Source of the DNA: a virus
Direction: 5' to 3' (one strand)
Virus record (IMG/VR): IMGVR_UViG_3300045988_116051
Length of the DNA: 41,371 nt
Made by a program: the position numbers and the translations under genes. Positions 34,158-41,122 of the stretch are shown one piece after another (the stretch's first letter is position 1; each line of letters begins with the position of its first letter). The notes under the pieces are model-generated. The model was not told the DNA's origin. It saw nothing but the letters and a program-made list of their open reading frames with translations, and searched no databases.

Positions 34158-34214
34158 TTTGTTTTCTCCAATCGTTAAAATTTTACCAGCGGGCGGCCGT
34201 CCCGCAGATAATCG

Positions 34215-34445
34215 TCAAAAAATGCCCTTGAAATCGTCCAGGTTGATGCCGTACTGTGCAGCCACCTGGGAAGGCGTCTTGCCCTTGCACTCCTGGGCAA
34301 ATCGGGCAAACTGCGGATTTTTCTGCATCAGCAGTGGGATGATTTTGTTCGGGTCCTGCCCGCGCAGGGTGCCCATCATCTGCCGGATGGCCTGGATTTT
34401 GCTCGGCCCGCACTGAGTGGCCTGCTGGAACAGTGGGTTACTCAT
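34215..34445 (-). CDS. Small hypothetical protein (accessory cluster gene 2)
   Basis: RBS GGAGGG, start MSNPLFQQ. Confidence 0.4.
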   Translation of the reverse strand: MSNPLFQQATQCGPSKIQAIRQMMGTLRGQDPNKIIPLLMQKNPQFARFAQECKGKTPSQVAAQYGINLDDFKGIF

Positions 34446-34830
34446 CGCTAAACCCTCCAATCTGCTCATTCAGTTTTCCCAAAAATTCGGAAAACTCCGC
34501 TTTTGTCACAAACTCCGGTTCCGCCGCTTTCTGTGCAGCCTCCGGGTCGTATTTTTCAAATTTGTAATAGCTCGTAGTGGTGATGCCGGTGGTGTCCGCC
34601 TCTTTCACGGCAAACACCGGCTCGCCCTGCGCCATGATCCAGGCCTTTACGCCCGGTTGTACGCTCACGTTAGCGATGTCGGAAACTCCGGGTACCAGCA
34701 CCCACCCAGGCCCGTTCTGACGCTCCTGGGCGCTTCCTGCGCCCTGTGGCGGCGTCTGACGTTGCCACCATGGACTCTGTGGCGGCATCTGCCCCCATCC
34801 GCTCATCATGGGATAGCCCATCTCAAACAT
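34438..34830 (-). CDS. Hypothetical protein with a Pro/Gln/Trp-rich N-terminus (accessory cluster gene 1)
   Basis: RBS GGAGGGA, 130 aa. Confidence 0.4.
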   Translation of the reverse strand: MFEMGYPMMSGWGQMPPQSPWWQRQTPPQGAGSAQERQNGPGWVLVPGVSDIANVSVQPGVKAWIMAQGEPVFAVKEADTTGITTTSYYKFEKYDPEAAQKAAEPEFVTKAEFSEFLGKLNEQIGGFSDE

Positions 34831-34892
34831 CCTGCATCCCTCCGTTTCTGTTAAAATCGTACCAAATTTTTACAGCCCACTTGTCCAAACCA

Positions 34893-34925
34893 TGCCCAAT
34901 TCCTGCTCAATTTATGCTCAATTTC
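34893..34925. repeat. Three tandem 11-bp repeats (tgcccaattcc tgctcaattta tgctcaatttc) plus a partial fourth copy; candidate regulator-binding array
   Basis: Read directly, 63-95 nt upstream of the accessory-cluster start codon. Confidence 0.6.
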
Positions 34926-34930
34926 TGCCC

Positions 34931-34962
34931 AACAAAAAAGCCCGCCCCCAAAATGGGACGGG
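34931..34962 (-). terminator. Rho-independent terminator insulating the accessory cluster from upstream transcription
   Basis: Minus strand: CCCGUCCC-AUUUUG-GGGGCGGG followed by CUUUUUUGUU. Confidence 0.6.
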
Positions 34963-35076
34963 TTTCGACACTAGAAATGTGGTATTTTATAGCTACCTTA
35001 TTCTCCCCCCAGAGAAAAGGCAGCCCCCACCGGCACGTTGCAGAAAACCGGCGGGGGCTTTTGTTTCGTCATGTTG

Positions 35077-35141
35077 TACACCTAGCAGGTGTATATTTGT
35101 GCAGTATGTCAATTGTATTCTGTACCTTCTAGGTATATAAT
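35077..35141 (+). promoter_or_regulatory. Promoter (TTGTAT, 17 nt, TATAAT) with two related palindromic operators
   Basis: TACACCTagcAGGTGTA at 35077..35093 and TACCTtctAGGTA at 35123..35135. The second fills the spacer and abuts the -10 at 35136..35141. Confidence 0.5.
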
Positions 35142-35183
35142 AAAGACAGTTAAGAGAGGAACACAGAACAAGGAGGAAACACC

Positions 35184-35915
35184 ATGAAGATGACCGAGAA
35201 CTTGATTAAAAAGCTGGAAGCCAAGGGTTTCAAGCGTTGGACCAAAGGTGAGCATGACCGCCTGTATGCAAATGTCGAGAACTTCGGGTTAGAGCTTGGC
35301 TATTACAAAACCGGTAACGTGTCCTCTGCCACTCTGAACGGCGAGAAAATCAGCCACAGCTACGGTGCAGAAATCAAGCGCAACACCAGCATCTACCTCA
35401 ACGTGAACGACGGTGAGCTGTACCTGACCGACAGAGCCAACGATGAGATCGTTGCCAACGTCAAGGCCGCTATCGCCAAGGCAGAGGAAGAGGTTGCCGC
35501 CGAGGAAGCCACCCGGGAGCCTGCCGAAGCCGAGAACACCGTGGCAGAAGTCGAAGCTGCCGCCAACCTGACCGGCACTCCTGAACAGATTGCCGCCGCC
35601 CGGAAGATCATTGAGGATCAGAAAATTTTCGTCGAGAAAAAGATCCAGAAATACCAGGAGAAGCTAGTCAAAAACGCAGGCAACGAGAAGCGCGTTGCCA
35701 GCTACACCAAAAAAATCAACGCTATGCGCGGCGCACTCTGCTGGGCCATCGAGAACATCACAAGCGCCCAGTGGTGGATTAGAGGGGCGAAATGCACAGA
35801 CTATGGTGCGCCGGTTTGTGACGCCGGTGTTGGTGGATGGAGCGCCATTTTCACAAAATACCTGGAAGACCCCGGCATGAATTTTATCTCCAATTTTTTA
35901 GACGACATAAAGTAA
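35184..35915 (+). CDS. Hypothetical protein (accessory operon gene 1)
   Basis: RBS AAGGAGGAA, 243 aa. The N-terminal domain and a Cys/Trp-rich C-terminal domain are joined by an acidic Ala/Glu linker. Confidence 0.45.
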   Translation: MKMTENLIKKLEAKGFKRWTKGEHDRLYANVENFGLELGYYKTGNVSSATLNGEKISHSYGAEIKRNTSIYLNVNDGELYLTDRANDEIVANVKAAIAKAEEEVAAEEATREPAEAENTVAEVEAAANLTGTPEQIAAARKIIEDQKIFVEKKIQKYQEKLVKNAGNEKRVASYTKKINAMRGALCWAIENITSAQWWIRGAKCTDYGAPVCDAGVGGWSAIFTKYLEDPGMNFISNFLDDIK

Positions 35916-35927
35916 GGAGGAACCGCC

Positions 35928-36440
35928 ATGAAAAAACTAGAAAAAAGTGTCCGTAGCTGCATGAACACCTACGGCCCCGCCCTGCGAAGTGGTCACATTG
36001 TCGTGCAGGGCAAAATGCCCGGCCATATCCTGGAGGACGGCGTGGATCGGATGTTAGATCATGCCTATGCGGATGTAGAGGACGGCGTGGTAACCGACAT
36101 CCGTATGTATTTTGAGCAGGAGAGCCGCTCAGCACACGACTACAAAGGCGACAGTCTGGAGATCACCAGCGAGATCGAGGAATGGTTTGGGAATTGCGAA
36201 ACCTGGGACGATTTGATTCAGCGGATCGTCCATGCCGTGGAGGAACACCAGAAAGACGGTCAGGATGCTCTATCGCCTGCCGCGATTCGCGCCGCCACAG
36301 GCCTGAACAAAAAAGAGTTTACGGCGCGGTACAAAATCCCATACCGCACCTGGCAAAACTGGGAGCTTGGGATAGCGCCCTGCCCGGAATACATCCTACT
36401 GTTGCTAGATCGTGCGGTTCAAGCAGATTTCGGGGGATAA
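35928..36440 (+). CDS. Protein with a C-terminal XRE/antitoxin-like HTH (accessory operon gene 2)
   Basis: ...GLNKKEFTARYKIPYRTWQNWELGIAPCPEYILLLL. Confidence 0.5.
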   Translation: MKKLEKSVRSCMNTYGPALRSGHIVVQGKMPGHILEDGVDRMLDHAYADVEDGVVTDIRMYFEQESRSAHDYKGDSLEITSEIEEWFGNCETWDDLIQRIVHAVEEHQKDGQDALSPAAIRAATGLNKKEFTARYKIPYRTWQNWELGIAPCPEYILLLLDRAVQADFGG

Positions 36441-36478
36441 AGAGGAACCCACAGAACAAAAACTAGGAGGAAACAAAA

Positions 36479-36898
36479 ATGTATGAATGGTTGAAGGAGC
36501 GTTATACGGGCTTGAAAGCTGCATTTGATTTCTGCAACGCAGCAGTTGATGCAGAAATCGCCGCAAAAAATCAGGCTATCGAGAATCTCGCAAAGAAATT
36601 CTTCCCGGAGTATGATAGTGAACGTTATCACTACTACGAGGAGAACGAGTGGAGAGAGGATTTCACGGAGACGCCAGAAGAAGAGGAGTACAACGAACGT
36701 TGCGAGAACGCATACCGCGACGCAGCCGCCTACATCAATGAATATTACAGCGAGTTCAAAATCGCTGAGCGGCACACAGAGATTAAAAAGAAAATCAGCG
36801 CTGAGATCGGCGACTTGGCGAAGCAGGCCGAAAACGTTGATGCCAGCTTCTGGCACGGAGAACCGTGGGAGCGGGAATTCCGTTCCTGGAACATCTAA
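36479..36898 (+). CDS. Highly acidic hypothetical protein (accessory operon gene 3)
   Basis: 139 aa, rich in E/D/Y, RBS AGGAGGAAA. Confidence 0.45.
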   Translation: MYEWLKERYTGLKAAFDFCNAAVDAEIAAKNQAIENLAKKFFPEYDSERYHYYEENEWREDFTETPEEEEYNERCENAYRDAAAYINEYYSEFKIAERHTEIKKKISAEIGDLAKQAENVDASFWHGEPWEREFRSWNI

Positions 36899-36904
36899 AA
36901 AGGC

Positions 36905-36931
36905 AAGCCCCTGGGTCACACCCAGGGGCTT
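36905..36931. terminator. Bidirectional terminator between convergent genes
   Basis: AAGCCCCTGGGT-cac-ACCCAGGGGCTT. Confidence 0.7.
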
Positions 36932-36933
36932 CT

Positions 36934-37128
36934 TCATAGACTTTTCCGCCGAATCGACGCCAAATCGTTGTTGACGGTCCCCCGCGAGACATCCAACTCT
37001 GCCGCCACATCCTCAATCGCCCACCCCCGCCGGTAATGCAACTCAAAAGCAGCCCGCTCCCGGTCCGTGAGCCATGGATTCCCGTGCATTTTCTCCAACT
37101 GGGCGGGGCTGTACCGATACCTGGGCAT
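36934..37128 (-). CDS. Small sigma-70 region-4-like HTH protein
   Basis: LTDRERAAFELHYRRGWAIEDVAAELDVSRGTVNNDLASIRRK. Confidence 0.55.
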   Translation of the reverse strand: MPRYRYSPAQLEKMHGNPWLTDRERAAFELHYRRGWAIEDVAAELDVSRGTVNNDLASIRRKSL

Positions 37129-37143
37129 GGTATCACCCCCCGC

Positions 37144-37935
37144 TCAAACCTCGGTGGTCTGAATCAACTCCATTCTGCACAGCACAGCGGCCAGCTCATC
37201 CCGCTTGACAAATCGCTCCGGTCCCGTTCCATCCATGATGCCGCGGTGTTTCATGTTCAGGAAATCGCCCTCTTTCCTCGACCACTCCGGTTCCGGCAGG
37301 TTGTCGGCGTAGGCCATGGCCTCGGCTACGATAGCGTAGCACATTTCAGGAGTGAGCTGTTCGATAATTTTTTTGATGTCCATGTCATCCTCCGTTTCCG
37401 CCCCCAGCCGGTTGTTTACGGCCTGGGCAATCGCAGCGTGTTTGTTGTACAGGTAGTCCCCCGGACAGGCTTTGTTCGCTGTCCAGCGATGCACCACCAT
37501 GTTCTGCTCATCCCACTTGCCCATCAAGCTCTGATCCCCCCGCCACAGCAGGCGGGGAATGTTATTCCGCCGGCAGATATCCACCAGCAGCTTGATGAGG
37601 CTGTTGAGCGCCGCCGCATTGCATTTGCACACCCCGTCGGCGTCGCTGGCAACCTCGATGGTGATGATCTGGTGGTCGATTGGGTTGCTGGTACACCAGG
37701 CTCGGTTTTCCTCCCGGCACACCTGGGCAATGGAGCCGTCCCCGCCCACGACGTAGTGGCAGCTAGCCCCGTTTTTTTGCTTCACGGCAAAACGGTTCAT
37801 ATCCGCAAAGCTGCGGGCAGGCAGGTTCCGCCCACCGGCGGTGCAGTGGATTGCCACGCCCTTAATAGTCCCCTGCCGGGGCTTGGTGCAGTTTGGGGAG
37901 TAGTGGACATAGGTGGCCAGGCTGGATTCACTCAT
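37144..37935 (-). CDS. Endolysin, N-acetylmuramoyl-L-alanine amidase (Amidase_2 type) with a C-terminal wall-binding region
   Basis: ...GVAIHCTAG...SCHYVVGGDGSIAQ...ENRAWCTS...ITIEVAS...KACPG. It follows the holin. Confidence 0.75.
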   Translation of the reverse strand: MSESSLATYVHYSPNCTKPRQGTIKGVAIHCTAGGRNLPARSFADMNRFAVKQKNGASCHYVVGGDGSIAQVCREENRAWCTSNPIDHQIITIEVASDADGVCKCNAAALNSLIKLLVDICRRNNIPRLLWRGDQSLMGKWDEQNMVVHRWTANKACPGDYLYNKHAAIAQAVNNRLGAETEDDMDIKKIIEQLTPEMCYAIVAEAMAYADNLPEPEWSRKEGDFLNMKHRGIMDGTGPERFVKRDELAAVLCRMELIQTTEV

Positions 37936-38119
37936 TTTTCGGCCCTCCCTCCGTTTTCTTGGTAAAGAAATACGTGATGATAGCCCCGTAGGCCGTGCAG
38001 AACAGCGCTACAGCGTCCTGGTTCACGTCCACAGGCGAAAACAGCAAGGCGATCATCGCCCCGGTCATGGCCAGCGTTACCAGGCTCTTAACGTCCAGCA
38101 GTTTCAGCAGTTGTTTCAT
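37928..38119 (-). CDS. Holin
   Basis: 63 aa with two TM helices and a charged C-terminus. It overlaps the endolysin start. Confidence 0.7.
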   Translation of the reverse strand: MKQLLKLLDVKSLVTLAMTGAMIALLFSPVDVNQDAVALFCTAYGAIITYFFTKKTEGGPKNE

Positions 38120-38131
38120 ACGTTTCCCTCC

Positions 38132-38551
38132 CTACAAAAAATCGTTGTTTTCCAGCCGCGCCCGATACACGTTTTCGATATGCCCGATGGAGATAGCAGC
38201 TTTATCATTCGGAAAATCAGGGTGTGTGGCGCAGTATCGGTTGTACTCCGTGATATCCTCCAGGATCTCATTAAAATGTTCCTGACTGTGCCGCTCCCCT
38301 TGGAGTAATTCATCAGCAAACCGCAAAATCCGCCCCCGCAAGCGTTTGGCCTTGTCCCTGGCATCCGCTTCGATGTGGCTTTTCAGTTGTTCGGAAATCC
38401 CGGACAACTGCTCTGTAACGTCTCCCAGAATAGCCTTCCCGATTCTCCGGGCCAGCCACGTCCAGGGGTTGATTTTAATGGGGATGATTTCAATTGCGAC
38501 GGACGAACCCAGCACAGCCAGGAGCGCCGTGATGATCTGCTCAGGTTCCAT
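38132..38551 (-). CDS. Hypothetical protein with an N-terminal TM helix, lysis-module neighbour
   Basis: 139-aa ORF. Confidence 0.4.
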   Translation of the reverse strand: MEPEQIITALLAVLGSSVAIEIIPIKINPWTWLARRIGKAILGDVTEQLSGISEQLKSHIEADARDKAKRLRGRILRFADELLQGERHSQEHFNEILEDITEYNRYCATHPDFPNDKAAISIGHIENVYRARLENNDFL

Positions 38552-38610
38552 ATTCTGGCACCTCGTTTCTTTAAGTTTGGCCCCCGCAATGCGCGGGGGC
38601 CGTTATGATC

Positions 38611-38772
38611 TTACTGTGCATCGGCAGTGCCACCGTATTCGGAGGGCACCAGTTCTGGCATGCCGCAGTCCTCAATCAGGACTTCGGCAACCTGCTTCTT
38701 CAGCTTGGGGGGCACCTGTTCAAAGGTGGTCTTGCCCAGAATAATTCTGGAAGCAAAGAGCATCGCCATCAT
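38611..38772 (-). CDS. Small XkdX-position protein
   Basis: Internal start MMAMLFASR with RBS AAAGGAG. Confidence 0.4.
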   Translation of the reverse strand: MMAMLFASRIILGKTTFEQVPPKLKKQVAEVLIEDCGMPELVPSEYGGTADAQ

Positions 38773-38827
38773 GTTCTCACTCCTTTCTGCTTTTAGCAGG
38801 ATTCTAAACGCTAAATTAGCGAGTAGT

Positions 38828-39124
38828 TTACGCATAAACGATGTTAGCCATTTCCACGATGCACTCTTCGTGGAAGTCAGCTTGTGTAGAAAGAGCGGAT
38901 ACCTGCTCTTTCAGTAGCTTATTTTCCGCCCGAAGCGCCGCCATTTCATCCTCTTCCTCCGCAAAAAACTCTCCGATGGGGTAGGTTTTGTCCGTGGCCG
39001 GGGAATACACGGCGTTGTAATTCTCCCGTGTGGCGATCACGGCAACGCCGTTATCCTGTTGCAGGATGTAGCGCAGCGTTTCTGCGCGTTCGACGATTTC
39101 ACCATCTTTGTAAATTAAAAACAT
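38828..39124 (-). CDS. Hypothetical protein (tail-fibre/lysis junction)
   Basis: 98-aa ORF with a C-terminal coiled coil. Confidence 0.4.
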   Translation of the reverse strand: MFLIYKDGEIVERAETLRYILQQDNGVAVIATRENYNAVYSPATDKTYPIGEFFAEEEDEMAALRAENKLLKEQVSALSTQADFHEECIVEMANIVYA

Positions 39125-39125
39125 G

Positions 39126-39422
39126 TTATCCCTCCCGTAAAACCAGCATCGTTTGCTGGTTCGATGGATTTTTCTGGATGCTTACGGCGCTGGTGAATCC
39201 GTGGTATTCCAGCATGGGGCCGTCCCTCTGGTGGATACTGATACAGTCCGGTAAATGCAGAGCAGCTCGATCTACATCCTCGATGGGAGTATCCGCAAAT
39301 ACGATCCGCAGCTCATCGTCTGCTGCAATCACGTTGTCAACGGGGTAAATTTTTCCGCCGATATCCGCATACACTCCAAAAACACCCCTTTCATCGCTGT
39401 TTTTGTTCTCCAGGATTTGCAT
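39126..39422 (-). CDS. Hypothetical protein overlapping the RT 3' end
   Basis: ORF with an internal start at MQILENK. It overlaps the RT gene by about 94 nt. Confidence 0.35.
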   Translation of the reverse strand: MQILENKNSDERGVFGVYADIGGKIYPVDNVIAADDELRIVFADTPIEDVDRAALHLPDCISIHQRDGPMLEYHGFTSAVSIQKNPSNQQTMLVLREG

Positions 39423-40378
39423 TTCGATACATGGCCGCACCAGCTGACAAAACTGGTTCGCAAATCCTCCGGCGGGATTTTTCCAGCCAGCTTTTTCAGT
39501 TTTCTGCGTTGCCTGGTAACGTTTTTCCGGCTGATCCGCCGCACGACGCCTCCGGTTTCCGTGAGGCTGAATTTTTGCTTCAGCCAGGAGAAGCCGCGCC
39601 GAAGTGGGACGATTTGCGTTTTTGTTTCATTCATTTCCACGCCAAATGCTGCCGCTTCTTGTCGAATCACTTCCAGGCAGGCGAGCAAATGCTCTTTGTC
39701 GTGATGGATGATGTAGCCATCATCCATGTAGCGCCCATAGCATTTACAATGCATCCGCTCTTTGATCTTGTGATCGAGCCGATTCGGGACGGCTAGCGCC
39801 AAATTTTGGCTGATTTGGCTGCCAAGCCCCAGACCGACCGGCCCAAACATCCCGACCAGATGCAAAATCAGGTGTTTCAGCCGTTCATCGGCAATGTAGC
39901 GCTCCAAAATTTTTACAATAGCATCATGGCTAATACTGTCGAAAAATTTGTGGAAATCATAGATCAGGATGTATCCATCCCGCTCAAATTTGCGGTAAAA
40001 CTGGTGTAAGTGCGTTTCCAGGCGTCTGAGTGCGTAGTCAACGCCTTTTCCTTTCTGACTGGCCGAGTTATCAGGGATTAGCCTCGGTCCAAGAACGGGA
40101 GTGAGCAGATTATCGCACAAACAACGCTGCACCACGCGCTCCGTGATATGCACAGAGCGGATGTGCCGATGTTTTCCACGCTCAAAAATGTCAAACTCGA
40201 TAAATCCGTTGCTTTTCCATGCGCCACTCAGCAATTTGCGTTGAGCTATGCGCACATTGATAAATGCGTTCTCTTTGTAGGCCTGGGTCGAATGTTTCCA
40301 GCCTACGCCGCGCCTACATTTTTTATAGGCGGCATACAGGTTTCCAAAAGTGAATACGTCTCCAAACTGAATTTTCAA
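39329..40378 (-). CDS. DGR-type reverse transcriptase (TTG start in the ORF track)
   Basis: RT motifs are present: FFDSISH, LGLGSQISQNLA (the SQ motif typical of DGR RTs), and catalytic YMDD. It lies 140 nt downstream of TR. Confidence 0.9.
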   Translation of the reverse strand: MKIQFGDVFTFGNLYAAYKKCRRGVGWKHSTQAYKENAFINVRIAQRKLLSGAWKSNGFIEFDIFERGKHRHIRSVHITERVVQRCLCDNLLTPVLGPRLIPDNSASQKGKGVDYALRRLETHLHQFYRKFERDGYILIYDFHKFFDSISHDAIVKILERYIADERLKHLILHLVGMFGPVGLGLGSQISQNLALAVPNRLDHKIKERMHCKCYGRYMDDGYIIHHDKEHLLACLEVIRQEAAAFGVEMNETKTQIVPLRRGFSWLKQKFSLTETGGVVRRISRKNVTRQRRKLKKLAGKIPPEDLRTSFVSWCGHVSKCKSWRTKTAMKGVFLECMRISAEKFTPLTT

Positions 40379-40518
40379 AAGGGGGAACCTCGCTGGTAGC
40401 GGATTAGCTCGAAAGCGTCCGCGTCTCGGTGATATTTACCCATGTGGGAGGGTCAGGCGCTCCTTACGCGCGTGGACTGATTTCAGCAAACGCTTACTCT
40501 GTCTCCCTACCGCGCAAT

Positions 40519-40623
40519 CCGAAGCAAACGCCGTTGCTGTTGCTGGCGTTGTTGTTGTTGCTGCTGCCGTCGCTGTTCACATTGCAAAAGTTCGTGGAGT
40601 TGGACGCATTCGGGGACGCCAAC
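40519..40623 (-). repeat. DGR template repeat TR (105 nt, non-coding, AAC-rich on the coding strand)
   Basis: Coding-strand TR: TTGGCGTCCCCGAATGCGTCCAACTCCACGAACTTTTGCAATGTGAACAGCGACGGCAGCAGCAACAACAACAACGCCAGCAACAGCAACGGCGTTTGCTTCGG. It matches VR1 and VR2. Confidence 0.9.
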
Positions 40624-40668
40624 GCGCCCGCCTGCGACCGGCAGAATTTACAGTGCCTAACCCATAGC

Positions 40669-41070
40669 TCAAAACTTAAAACGTGCCTTGTCGGATTTTT
40701 TCGCCCCGGCGATCAGGCGGCCCTCATCGATCATCAAATCCGCCCAGTGCTCCAGGGCGTGCTCACTCAGGCCGTGTTGCAATTCCATCAAAACGCTGCA
40801 TTTTCCAATCAGGGCTTGCAAGCAGTTGTTCGCCTCGATCAGGTGGTCCCGCCGCATCTGCGCTTCGTGTTCATTCGTCGGGTAGATGCTGTTCGCCATT
40901 TTGCAGTGGTTGTGCACCTCGCTGGCCAAACGGCTCAGCTCCGTCCCAATAAAAAACGTGTAGCGTTTTGGCAGTTTCATGCAGCATTTCAGCGTGTGCA
41001 GTTCCAAATCGTAAGCGGTATCCAAAAATTTGATGCCGCTTTCCTTGCGCTGGCTTTTCAATACCGACAT
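40669..41070 (-). CDS. avd: Accessory variability determinant (Avd-like four-helix-bundle protein)
   Basis: 133-aa basic helical protein located between VR and TR, the canonical DGR position. Confidence 0.75.
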   Translation of the reverse strand: MSVLKSQRKESGIKFLDTAYDLELHTLKCCMKLPKRYTFFIGTELSRLASEVHNHCKMANSIYPTNEHEAQMRRDHLIEANNCLQALIGKCSVLMELQHGLSEHALEHWADLMIDEGRLIAGAKKSDKARFKF

Positions 41071-41085
41071 TCAGGGTCCTTTCCA

Positions 41086-41107
41086 TCCGCGCCAAAGGCG
41101 GCGCGGA
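41086..41107. other. GC-rich inverted repeat (8-bp stem tccgcgcc/ggcgcgga, 6-nt loop) 16 nt downstream of the target stop codon; cruciform/hairpin of the kind associated with DGR target recognition
   Basis: Base pairing read directly. The position between the VR1 gene stop and the avd start matches the arrangement described for the Bordetella phage BPP-1 DGR. Confidence 0.6.
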
Positions 41108-41122
41108 TTATTTGATTTTAGC

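Noticed and set aside
39329-39422. Overlap of the RT 3' end with the next ORF as evidence of an RT frameshift or truncation
   Set aside because: All RT motifs through the thumb-like region are intact, and the downstream ORF start is uncertain. Nothing in the sequence indicates disruption.
40429-41115. 228-aa plus-strand ORF with a Leu-rich signal-peptide-like start (LLLALLLLLLPSLF), and the similar ORF at 41166..41360
   Set aside because: These are antisense translations of TR/avd and VR1 (CTG repeats are the complement of the AGC/CAG run). They are not real genes.
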